Made by a program: the position numbers and the translations under genes. Shown here one piece after another: positions 11,201 through 22,650 of a DNA stretch of 64,000 nucleotides. The notes beneath the pieces are model-generated. The model ran no database searches. It was not told the origin of the DNA and was given only the letters and a program-made list of their open reading frames with translations. Source of the DNA: the human T2T-CHM13v2.0 reference genome, Homo sapiens; assembly GCF_009914755.1 (NCBI RefSeq), contig NC_060929.1. One strand, written 5' to 3'. Every line of letters begins with the position of its first letter. Position 1 is the first letter of the stretch.

Positions 11201-11890
11201 AAACCCCTTTATTGGGCCTTAGTGTCCTGTTTCTCTCCCAGCCCTGTCTCTCTCTGCCCACCCAGCACCCCAGCTAGCTGCCTCCATGGTGAGCTTGTTT
11301 CTGATCCCCCACTATGCCCAGCCCTCTCTGGCCTCCCGGCCTTTGCGCATGCCAGGCCATTCACCTGGAATACTTTCTCTCCTCTTCACCTGCTAACTCT
11401 TGTTCACCTCTCAGGCCCTGGCCTAAATGCTGCTTCCTCAGGGAAACCCTTCCTGCTCCTCAGCCAAGGTTAGGTGACTCTAAAAGGTGTCCCGTGACAC
11501 TGGACCACTTGTTCAGAGCACCGGCCGTATGCCTGAGGCAGGACCTGGTGTCCAGCAGGCACTGAATGTTTGTTGAAGAAATGAGTAAATGCAGTGGGGG
11601 CAGGACAGGCGGCTTGCTTTTTCTCCAATTCTTGGACTTAGTTTTCCCTCTTGGGCCCAGTCTCCTCTGGGCTCACTGGGCCCCAACTCCCTCCTGACTC
11701 TCCTCCAGACTTTCTGGTCCTGGATTCATTCAAGACAAGGCCAGCAGGACTTCAGATGCCACAGATGGGGCAGCATGAGTCCAGACCAGGGGCTCAGTCC
11801 CCAGAATGGTGGCTCTGTCCAGTCCAGACCCTTGCTTTCCAGATAAGAACAGTTGTTACAAACCCGTCATCTTTCAGCACATCAGAAGGT

Positions 11891-12001
11891 CATAGGGCCT
11901 TGGATGCCGAGCTAGGGAGCCTGGGTTTATCCAACAAAGGCACATCTATAGCCTTCACTGGATAAACCCAAACTTGCTAGCTCGGCATCCAAGGCCCTAT
12001 G
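11891..12001. repeat. Long near-perfect inverted repeat (51-bp arms, 9-nt loop)
   Basis: Perfect 25-bp (11891-11915 / 11977-12001), 12-bp (11922-11933 / 11959-11970) and 5-bp inverted blocks in register. Confidence 0.95.
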
Positions 12002-12777
12002 GTACCATCTGGGTCCCAGCTATTCTTTTAGACTCATGCCCGCTTTTTTCCTGTCCCTGGCCCTTTGCTCCAGCTAGTCTGGGCTGCCCATGCTCCGGGA
12101 GTACAGTTGACCCTCATCTGTGCTGTCTTTTAGCTTAGACTGCCCGGCTCCCTCTCTGTTCACTTATTCTCCTTGCCCCAAGGTTCTGCCCCTACCTCTT
12201 CTCTGTCCAGAGGGGGACCAGCCCTGCCTTCTCTGTCCTTTTGTCTCAATTGCTCCCAAGGCGGGGTCAGGCAGTGCTTTGAGGCATCTGTCTTTCTTTG
12301 GGAATGAAGCTGTCCTCTCTGTGTTCCTCCCCAACACTACCTAGTACCTGCCCACTTGACGGGGCACCTGCTCCAGGAGCCTGTGGGGTCAGCTGCACGC
12401 TACTGCTCAGGTCCTCACAGTGTCCTTTGAGGTACATACCAGGATCATTCCCATGAGGAACCATCAATTTGCTCAAGGTTACATGGGAAATAGCAGAGCT
12501 GGATTTGAACCCAGATTCGTCTTCTTCCAAAGCCTGTGCTCACAACCATTCTTCGTCAGTGCCCTGGGGCCTGTCTCCCTGACCCTCTGCCTCTACTTCT
12601 TGGTCCAGATCTTTGGCTCGACACCCACCCAGCTACAGAGGCCCCCGAGGGGTAGTTGGGGCCTAGGAGGGTATAGAGGGCTCCAGTGGGGTGGGGGAGG
12701 AAAGTCTTCTTCACACACATTCTTGGAGGCCCATCCCTTGGCTTGGCCTGTCCCCAGCTTGAGTGACTGACACTCAC

Positions 12778-12880
12778 TTGGTCTTGCAGTAGGCCACCAC
12801 ACAGACGATGCCCACGACCAGCAGAGCCACGCAGATGCCCGTGATGGTCAGGACCCTCTTCTGGTACAGCTCCTCGGCTT
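12778..12880 (-). CDS. NRG2: NRG2 transmembrane exon (AEELYQKRVLTITGICVALLVVGIVCVVAYCKT)
   Basis: ctgcag|AA ... AA|gtgag; 103 nt, phase 1-2; hallmark neuregulin TM segment. Confidence 0.98.
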
Positions 12881-14159
12881 CTGCAGAGGTAGGGTAGATG
12901 TGAGGGGTGGGGCAGGAGGCAAACCCCATAGGGATAGTGGTGCAGAGACCCCTTTGCCCCCAAAGCCATAGGCTCTCCCCAGCTCAGGTCCTGCCCAGCT
13001 CCTTTCCATCCCTTTTCTCCAGCCAGTTCCTTCCCTCCTACATGCTCTGTTTTGCCTTCCACTTCCCTGCAGCTCCCACCCACCCATGGATCTGGTCACA
13101 CACAACTCCTCCTGAGTTCCCCTCCCCAAGCCCCATGCCTGCCCAGAGCACATGAGTGGAAAATGCAGGGGAATGGGAAGGGATGGAGTGGAGGCAAAGC
13201 TCCCGAGGCTGTAGAGCAGGGGAGGACAGCTCAGTCTGGCCGGTGACCCTGCCCTGCTCCACAGTGGCCTGGTAGCTGCAAAGAACCTTGGTGGGCCAAG
13301 AGGAGTTGTTCTTCCTGGCAGTGATCATGGGAATGCCTTTGTTTACCCCTGCAGCCTGGTCAGGGAGTGGCCCTGGCCCCCTCCAGGCCTGCTATCTCTG
13401 CTTGTGAGAAGCCCGCCAGTGGCACCATGGACCCCTGGCATCTAGGAAAGTGCTGGTGTGCAAGGAACAGCCCCCACCGTTGCTGAGGAGCTGAGCTAGG
13501 CTGGGCCTCAAAGCCCTCCCAAAGGCCGACTGTCCTCTTTACCCTCTGCTGCTGCTGCTGGGGCAACCCCCATCCTTCTAAAACAGAGAAAGCCAGGAGG
13601 AAGAAAAAGTAAAAGGTGACAGCGCTAGCTGTAGTCAAGGCTACAGCCCGGAGACCCCACCCGTGCCCACCACACCTGCTGGCTGGCCCCTCCTCCCAGC
13701 TCAGGGTAAAGTGGAGGCTGGACCTCAATGCCTTGGCAGAGCCCTGGGAAATGTCCCTAACCTCTTGGGCTTGCAGCATATCCTGTGGCAAAGGTGTACA
13801 CACCAGGAAACACCCAGGGCTACAAACCCTCCAGACACACAGAGATTTCTAACTATGCCTATCTGATTCACAGGCAGACCCCTTCATTCACGCACACACA
13901 CCTGCACACACAACATATGCACACACACAGAGTTAACCACACACTCCAGCAACAGGTGCACACACACGCCCATGCCCACTGACACACAGTTGGATGGAGT
14001 TGTAAACAACCAGACCTCCACCCTAGGTCCCCATCTCTTGGCTCTGTGCCCACAGCCCTGGCTCCAGCTCTCACGCCCCCTTCACATGCCTCATCCAGTT
14101 CAGCCAGGCATGTGTCTCCATCACTCCTCTGAGACTACCCTGGTTACAGGCACCAACAA

Positions 14160-15700
14160 CCTCCAGGCCGCCAAGTCCTGAGGTCACTTGCTTCCTTCCC
14201 AGCTGCTCTCCTCCTTCTGGGGCCCACTCCCCCTGGGCTTTGGAATGGTTCTTCTCTCTGTCCTACTTCATTGGCTGACCTGTCTCTGTCTTAGCCATGC
14301 TTTCTTCTTTTCTACCGACTGGGAAGATAGACGGGCCTGGGCTCAGGTTTCTTTCTTTCCTGCACCTGCCCTCTCTCCCTTAGTGATTTAACTCAGACTC
14401 AGACTTTGTATACCGTCTATTTGCAGACTCTCAAATTTTTATGTCCTGCCCTGACTGCTCCCTGAAGTATGATCGTGCTAGATGGCCCTCCATCGAGTCT
14501 GCACCTATTGGCAGCCTCTGTCCCATCAGACATGGATGAGAGGACTGGTTCCCCTCACTCCATGGTGTTATCAGACTTGTTGAGTTTACCAGTCCAGGGG
14601 GTGAACTGTGCTTGTCTCAGTGTCGTTTTTATTTCCATTTTACTCATGAGTGAGGTTGAGCATTTTTCCTATTGCAGTCATCTGTGATCCCTTTCTGCTT
14701 GCTATTCATGTCCTTTTCTCTGCAGGCATTTAATCAGTTGCATCCTACTTGGGCTGTGTTGGGCACCAGACTCATGCATCCAAGGGCCACGACCAAAGAG
14801 AATCCCTGCTTCCTTACCCTCTTTTCAAACTCCTACTCGACTCTTCCCAGCTCATGGATGCAGCACCACTTTTCCTGTTGCTCAGGCCCCATACCTTGGG
14901 CTCATTCTTGATTACTCCCTTTCTTCCCACCTACCCTAATGCCGGATCCAGCCGCAAGTCCTCGCAGCTCTGCTTCCCAAGTAGATCCTGGGTCTGATCT
15001 AGCCTTACCATTTCCATTGCTTCCAACTTAGTCCAGGATGGTGTCACCTCTCATCTGGAGATGGTCACCTTCTGACGGGTCTTTCTGCTTCCACTCCTCC
15101 CCACCCTGCCCCCAGCCCAGGCTGTTGTCCATCCAAAGCTACATTTATTTACAACCATAAAGCAGATCATTTTACTCCCCTGTTTAGAAACTCAAAATGG
15201 CTTCACACTGTGACTCAAATGCAACCCAAAGCCTTACCATGGCCTCTGAGGCCCCCGGCTGCTTGGTCCCAGCCTTCCTTTTGGATCTCATCTGTGGTCC
15301 TCTCCCTGCGTTCACTGTGCTTCAGAGATGCTGGAAGTCTCTCCATCCACTGAATAAGGCAAGCCCACTCCAACCACATGATCTCTATACCTGCTGTGCC
15401 GCCCTCTGCAGGACTCCCCCCTGGTTGTTTGCAGGGTTGGCCACTTTTCATCAGGTCTTAAAACAGATGTCACCTCCTCAGATAAATCTTCCCTGACCAC
15501 TTCGCTACACTAGCACCCCACTCCAGCCAGGCACTATCCCATTACCTCATTTTATTTTCTGTGCAGCACTGAACACCACCTGATGTCTTTCCTGTTTGCT
15601 TGTTGTCACCTGTGAATGTGAGCCCAGGAGGGCAGGGACTGTGTGTCTGGTAAATTCTGTTCCATAGATGTTTGTTGCATTGGTGAGTGAGTGAATATAC
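14160..15700 (+). mobile_element. Degenerate L2 LINE fragments (with other old repeats)
   Basis: L2-like motifs (cagatcattttactcccctgtttagaaactcaaaatggcttc; 3' tail tgtttgttgcattggtgagtgagtgaat); boundaries approximate. Confidence 0.6.
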
Positions 15701-16990
15701 AGACCAGCCTTATAGACATTGACATATCTGCACACTCACACTCATCTCCACGCCCTCACAGTTCCACCTGCACAGTGCTCAAACCTTAACACAAAGGCAT
15801 TCACAGCCCCTCCACCTGCTGACATCTTGCCCTGACAGACCTCACAAGGTGTATACTCTCAACAACACACACGTACCTGCAGATTCACGCCTGTGCACCC
15901 TGCCACCATCACAGACCCCACACGGACTCAATGCCTCTCCCACAACCCCATCACAGCCAGTAGCTATAGACAGATGCACTCTTACACACAAACTTTGCAA
16001 TCTATCTTCTACTGAGAACAGCTGATAGAGGATAGGTGGTGGGGCTAGGAGGCCTCCCCAAATCAGCCACGAGAGCAGCCTTTCTGTAACTGTAGGCTCT
16101 GCACCATGTCTGAGATCCCACCCCACTGGAGCCCCCACCCTCTGAGCCCCTGCCTCTCTCCTCATGTCATATGCCTGGACACTTGAGCTATGGAGGAGCC
16201 TCCCGGTGCAAAGCCAGAGAGCCAGAAACACTAACCCCATAAAGTCCCTTCTAGCCCAAGGAGTCTTCCGGGGGCCAGAGGGTGGTAGTAGCAGGTGGCA
16301 GGAGGACATATGTAAGATTCTGAGCTGGGAGACAAGGGGCAGGTACTAGAGGCCAGCCCCACCCAGACCCTGGCTGGTCTTGCCAATGTGGGGTCAGATC
16401 ATGGAGGGAGTGACAGCCTCAAGCAGATGGCAAAGCCGGGCAGACAGACACAGGGCAGGGACAGAGATAAATAGAGAGTTATCAGCTGCTGGCCTGGTGC
16501 AGGATGAAAAGCAATGAACATGGAAATGGGGAATGGAAAGAAGACTAAAGTCAAATGGAAAGGGATGCCTCTCTGCACAACTCTCCAAACCAGGCTTCTG
16601 TGGTTCCTGGACACCAGCCCTTCAAGGGGCCATGTTCACACATGGGGCCTATCTCTTGTCCAGCCAGCCTGCGGGTCTGCACTCAGCTCAGGAGGGGGCC
16701 CTCCCCTCTGAGCTCTCCTAGCAATAAATCTCCCCTATGTGAGGGATGCTACGGTACACTGAGGGCAACGGTCCGAACCCCTGAGTGCCCTTCTGTTCAT
16801 GAGCTTCTTTCGTCTCCTGCTAAATCAACGTAGTTTATGATAGGACATCTCGATGGGGCCAGGAGAGATTTTTGGAATCATCCCTTTTCCATTTTTTGGA
16901 AAGGAAACCAAACATTCAGCACACATGGCATCGGAGGCTGTGGAGAGGGGCCACGCAGATGGTGCTGAGTGACACACAGAGGTTTCATAC

Positions 16991-17014
16991 CCTTTAATTC
17001 AAATCCAAGGTGCT
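16991..17014 (-). CDS. NRG2: NRG2 alternative 24-nt linker microexon ((K)HLGFELK(E))
   Basis: ctgccag|AG CAC CTT GGA TTT GAA TTA AAG G|gtatg; phase 1-1; homologous to the NRG1 linker-1 KHLGIEFME. Confidence 0.93.
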
Positions 17015-20000
17015 CTGGCAGTGCAGAAGAGCGAGGGTCACAAAGGGAGGGGTGGAGGGAGAGAGACAGGTGGGTGGGGACAGGGGGAGAGAGAGAGACA
17101 GAAACGTTGGTCAGGACTCCTCAGACACCGGGCAGCCATCCTGCGAGGTGAAAGCAGGTTAGTAGTGTCCCCTCCCAGCCTCCTGAGCTCCTTCCCTGAC
17201 ACCCAGTCCCCAAGAGCCCCAAGGAGGGTAGAGAGAGATGTTAGAAACAGCAGGCAGGGCAGGCTCTTTAGAGATGAGCTGTGGGGTTAGTACCTGGTGG
17301 CGAGGCAGAGGCGCAAGAGTCAGTTGGCAAATGTCCCTGGGAGGAAAGGTAAGTGGGGGTGGGGGTCTCAGGAGCCCCCCTGCTCCTCCCAGCATCAGTG
17401 CCAGGCCTTCAGCACTCTCAACTCTCAAGCCTTCCTGCAGACAGCTTGCCCAGCTCCCTCATTGGGGGCCCAATTTTTTTTTTTTTGTTCAGAGTGCAGG
17501 CATGAGGTCCCCAGACTGGCCCCATGTCCCTGCTGTGCCCCACAGGCCTAGCTGGCCTGTCCACGTACTGGGAGCCCGGGTGGGGAGCCTCAGAGTCTGT
17601 GGGAGGGAGTGGGAAGAGGAAGAGGATGAGGCTCCAGATAGCAGGTCACTTCTCTACTTGACACCGCAACACCCTAGAAGCCTACAGGGCTGGGCCATGG
17701 TGCCTGAGCCTGATTTCACTACCCAGAAGAGCAAACTGCAACTCACAGGAAGAGACAAGTGGGTTCACTTGTAGAATGTCTGAGCTCCTCAACTGGTGGA
17801 CAAATTACAGTCTTGGAAGTGGGATCCTGTTTTGAATGTGTGATTTCAGGACCCTGTGACGGAGACCCCCACATCATTGAAGGGTTAGATAAAAGGACCC
17901 TGACTCAAGAGTCAGTTCTGCACTGACCTGCTGCTGTGCCACCCTGAGTGATTCCAATCTAGTTAAGTCTCAGGCTCTTCTCTGTTACGTGGGGATCAGC
18001 CTGGGGCATAGGATCCTAGGAGGTTTGCAAACCTGGCTGAGCTTCTGAATTGTCCAGACTGAGGAAATCTGGCTCTGAGGTGGGAGCCCAGAAATCTCAA
18101 CAGTGTTTTTAAAAAGCTCACCTACCATTCTAATGTAGCAGCCAGCATCGGTCTACAAGCCTAGAGTCTCCGTTTCATCCCTAATTCACTATGTGGATGT
18201 GGGTAAGCCATAATCCCTGTTTCCTTGTCTGTCCAAAGTGCTTGCACACAGCTACAGGAAGATGTGAACAAGCCTGGACGGCATGAGCTCAGCATGCGTG
18301 CAGGGCCCCGCTCCTCCTAGCCTGGATTGGCTCACTCTCTGGCTTCCCCAGGTGTATAGTCAGCACCACTAGATCCAGGGAAGGTGTGACACTGTGTCTG
18401 ATATTCTCATCTGCCTTGGAGGAAGGCGAGCACGTGGCAATCCGCAGGAAGTCCTGCGCATTATCCATCCCTGGACCTCTCATCTACTTCCTGATAGGGA
18501 TTCCAGAAGGTTCTGCATTTGGAAAAGGGCGGGAGAGCAGCATGGCTCCGAGCCAGGGACTGTGATGGCTCTGACTAAAGAGGCTTGAGGAAGATCCTGG
18601 GGCTTCAACCCCCCAGTTCCATGCAGAGACCACACCAATGAAGCATTCATTACTCCCAGCTTTTCCAGACACAAGCCATTCTTGTACTGCTATTAAATCC
18701 CAGGTTGGGGAGTGACCTTGACGTTTTGGTTTCTTTGCATTCCCACTCTGACTGCTTGGAGGCAGGAAAAAGTTGCCGTAAGTACAGTTTGTCCACTCCT
18801 CTCCAGGGTGTCCCAGGGCTGGTCAGGCGTGCTGAGTAGACAGTACAAACTTGACAATTCTCAAAGAACCCTGGCGCACCTCTCACTGAGTAGTTAATGC
18901 TGTGGCCCAGGGACCCTTCAGGCAGCTGGAGAGCTCACATTGTTTGGCTATCCAGCCATGCTGCCCTGAGAGAACAGCCCAGCTTGACCACAACACCTGG
19001 GACGCAAAGAGGATTGGGTTCATAGAGCTGGTCTGGGCCCCACTTTCCGACGAGGTGGTTGTATTAGATGAGGCAGCTGGGGCCCAGTGATGCTAGGACA
19101 CTTTCCCAAGGTCACACAGCAAATTAGGAGGCAGAAGGGAGACTGGAGGCCAGACCCTTTGGTCCCTTGGTGCTAAGCCATGGCTTTCCTGCCCACTGAG
19201 TTTCTGGGCAGGCCTGGCTGGGTATTCCTGAGGACAATGACCAGCTGGAGAAGTGAGCAGGGCTCCCAAAGCCCTTTAAGCGTTTTCTTCTGCATCACTC
19301 CTCTGGGAACCGAATAGTAGCAGCTGCAGCTTCTAGGGCTCCTAACTGGCCTCCTCTTTGAGTCAAAGGCCAGTACTGTTTAGAGTGGTGGCTGGCATGA
19401 TTGGTGGGGTCACTGAGGGCCTGGCCAGTCACTGGGTAGGCAGCTTTCTCACTGGGAAGCATGGGTTGGAACATGAGGGGCCTATGGCTGTGTCCGCCCC
19501 AGCAAAGACAAGACCTTCCCACTCATTATGTTCATTGGCTGCCACTCAGCCAGGGTGGAGTGGCACCACTGAGTCACCGGAAGGTCCTATTAACCAGAAA
19601 TTTGCATGTTGACCAGTAACCATGGCAACCTGATGCTGGACTCCCAACAGGGCTGTGCTTACCAGACAATATGCAAATTCTTCATCCTGGACATGTCCCA
19701 TGCCATACAGTCATAGGCTGCCTGGACAAGGAGGCAGTGATGTGTACAGATGTGAGCATGAGCTCCTGTGTTTGCACTTGTGTGTGCAGGTGTGAGCACA
19801 TGCTCATGGGTTTGCTCATGTGTGCAGGTATGTAAGAACATGATTGTGTGTTTGTGCATGTATGAGCCCATGCTCATGCGTTTGTGCTTGTGTGTACAAG
19901 TATGTGTGCTCTTTTACATGGGGACATAAAGATGGACAAGCTTTGACCCGTGGGGAATGGAGGGGCTGTTTGTGGAAGAAAGAAAAGCTTCAATGTGCTA

Positions 20001-20189
20001 TTGCAGTCACAGGCTCTTTCTTTGATCTCTGCAAAAGATAACCTGGTCTAGATGCTATCTGGGCAGGTTGGACACTTTGCTCAGGATGTGCTGGGAGTCA
20101 GCCTCTAGGGGGCTGATGCTGCCCTGCCCCCGCATACCAGTTGTAGCTGGGAGAGGTACTAAATTGTGCTCCAATCACAATGGCAGGCT

Positions 20190-20390
20190 CTCTGCTAAGC
20201 CCTTCTTATGCAGCACTTCATTTCATCCTCACAGTAACCCCACAGGCATAAATGTCATCATCCCCATTTTACAGATGAGAAAACAAATTGAGAAGTTAAA
20301 GAGGCCCCAGAGCTAGTAAGCTCAGCAGCTGGCATTTTTACTGAGGTCTCTTTGAATCCGAAGCCTGAACACTTAAGCCAGCACTTTACA
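20190..20390 (-). mobile_element. MIR SINE
   Basis: Reverse MIR core catccccattttacagatgagaaaac; boundaries approximate. Confidence 0.7.
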
Positions 20391-21858
20391 CTACCTTTTC
20401 AGTAATTATCTGCTAGAGCAGTACATGAAGTGCTCTCTGGGAAAGTGCTTGAAGAGCATAAATCCTTTACGAAAAGGTAACAGTCAAGCTACTGAAGACA
20501 CTAGGCAGAAGGGCCTGGACTGCCTTTGCAGGCTCTTTTCTGGGCTCCCGGGGCCCTGCTGACCTTCCTAGCAGATCTAGGCTGAAAGCTGAAGCAGCCC
20601 AGCTGGCAGAGAGGCCTTGGATAGCGGCCCGGTTCCGGAGGCTCTGCTGCTCTGATTCAGGACAGGCTGGGACTCGCCATCCAGGACAGTCTCACAAGCC
20701 CGGGAGGCTCTCTGCCGAGAGGAATATTGCCCCACTGTCTCTTGCCCCTGGCCCCCAGCTCTGCCTAGGCTCTGCCTTCTCTTGAGGTCCCTCCTGCTCT
20801 ACAGTCCTGCACTCAGGGCTGGATATGACTCTGAAATGATTGCAGAGCCTGCGTTCTAGAGAATTCTGTTGGGCCACATGTCCTGCCCACAGGCTCTGCC
20901 CTTCCTCCTTGGCCTCCCACACTCTATTAAGATAGTTGACCATCTGGGCCAAGCAGCTCCCATCCCCCAGGGGTCTCTATGCCCCTGTGGGGTTGGGGTG
21001 GGGAGTAACTTGCTGGACTTTTGTGCTGTGGTCTGAGGAGTACTGGGAAGGATCATTTCTCCACCCTGAGACCTAAATCCCCAAACCCCTTTTCTCCAAG
21101 GCTACCTACATGGTCCCCTGGATCCCACCTTTAGCACCTCCCAGAGTTCTACCTCCCAGTATCCAGTGCCATGTGGACACTTGGTTCCACACTCCTCATG
21201 GGGCCCAGCTGTCCTCCCTGGAGAAGAGGAGGTCGGGGGGCACGCAGGGGCCTAGCCTGCTCTGCAGGATGGGATGGGTAACTGGGGACAGGCCTTGCAA
21301 GCCAGCGGACCCCTGGTCCTCAAGCAGAATCAATGGCCGGCCAGAGGCTTTTTGTTCTGCTCCACCTCCACCTGGTGGTGCTGGAAGGAACTGCTCTCAG
21401 GCCCCAAATAAAAGCACTCCATAATTATGGCTGGGTCCTTGGGCCTCGGGGCTCACTTTTCTTTCTTTCTTCTCCTTCTTCTTCTTCTTTTTTTTTTTTT
21501 TTTGCAAACTGTGCAAAAGGGAAAGCTCCAACCTCATAAGTTGAAGAAAGGAAGGGAATAAAATCCTAGATGGGAGGATTCAGACCACAGAGGTGCTGAG
21601 AGAGTCACCAGTTACCCCTCAATTCCTCATTTCCTCAACTTTTTAGCATCTCCAGCACCAACCCCCGCCCCCTCTCCCACCATCCTGTAGCCACATAAAT
21701 ATCTCTGGTATTCATGGAAATCATTGCCCTGGGTCCTGCTCTCCCTTAATTCCCCTTCCTTCCCTCTACCCCATTTCCAAACCCTCAAAACAAACAAACT
21801 CTGGCCAGACTGGAAAATGGGCTTTCTGAGAACTTTTTTTCTCTCTCAAACACGTCGG

Positions 21859-21880
21859 CACACACACACACACACACACA
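21859..21880. repeat. (CA)11 microsatellite, (UG)n on the NRG2 pre-mRNA
   Basis: Direct reading. Confidence 0.95.
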
Positions 21881-22216
21881 CTCACTGCCAGACCCTTTGG
21901 TACCCTCAGGCAGCCTTCGGAGCAGGGGAGGGCTCTGCAAATGCTTCCTCCCATTCTGGCCAGGCTGCCCGACCCCAGAAGTTGGGAGGAGGCCTGGGTG
22001 TGGCCCTGGCTGCTGCAGAGAGAACTTGGCATTACTGTGCCCAGGAGGTACAGCCCACATGTGGAGGTGGGGGTGCCGGGGGTGTTTCCGTCTCCTCTAA
22101 GGAGCGCAGGACACCCTCTACATCTCCCCCTAGTCTTGCTAAGCAAGGCCCCATCCCTCCCCAGGGGGAGACTGTCAGTCACCAGGGAAGAGAAGAAATA
22201 GAAGAAAGAGACATAC

Positions 22217-22275
22217 TGGAGAAGTTGACCATTGCGAACTGCTGACACCTGTCCCCGGTGTATCCCACAGGACAC
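22217..22275 (-). CDS. NRG2: NRG2 EGF beta exon (CPVGYTGDRCQQFAMVNFS)
   Basis: ttttggtag|G TGT CCT ... TCC A|gtatgt; 59 nt, phase 2-1; carries EGF cysteines 5-6, beta type. Confidence 0.97.
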
Positions 22276-22650
22276 CTACCAAAAGAAAGAAAACCAGAAA
22301 GAGAGAGCCAGGATAGCAAGACACAGGCATTGCAACACCCCGGCACGGGCTCCTGCCAATGCCAGCTGGGTTCCTTGCCACCGTTACCATTTGTATTGGC
22401 CTTGCCACTCTGCCCCTTACCTGCAGCCCTGAACTTTAAACCCAAGGATTAGGCCAAAAATGAAAACAAAGCAAAACAAAACAAAACAAAAAGAACTAAC
22501 AAACCAAAATACAAAAAAGAAAAGAGAAACAAAACAAAACAGCCAAAGATCAAAACAACCAACACCCCTGGCCCTATGCCCTACATTGGGGGGACTGCAC
22601 CCAGAAGCTTTCTAAGGAGCAGGGACTTGTGTTTGTATCTTCAAACATAC

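Noticed and set aside
16915-16970. TCAGCAC half-sites suggesting a REST/NRSE element near the microexon
   Set aside because: No correctly spaced GGACAG right half.
18289-19090. Cluster of short ORFs suggesting a processed pseudogene
   Set aside because: No recognisable protein, poly-A tail or TSD; kept only as a possible antisense exon.
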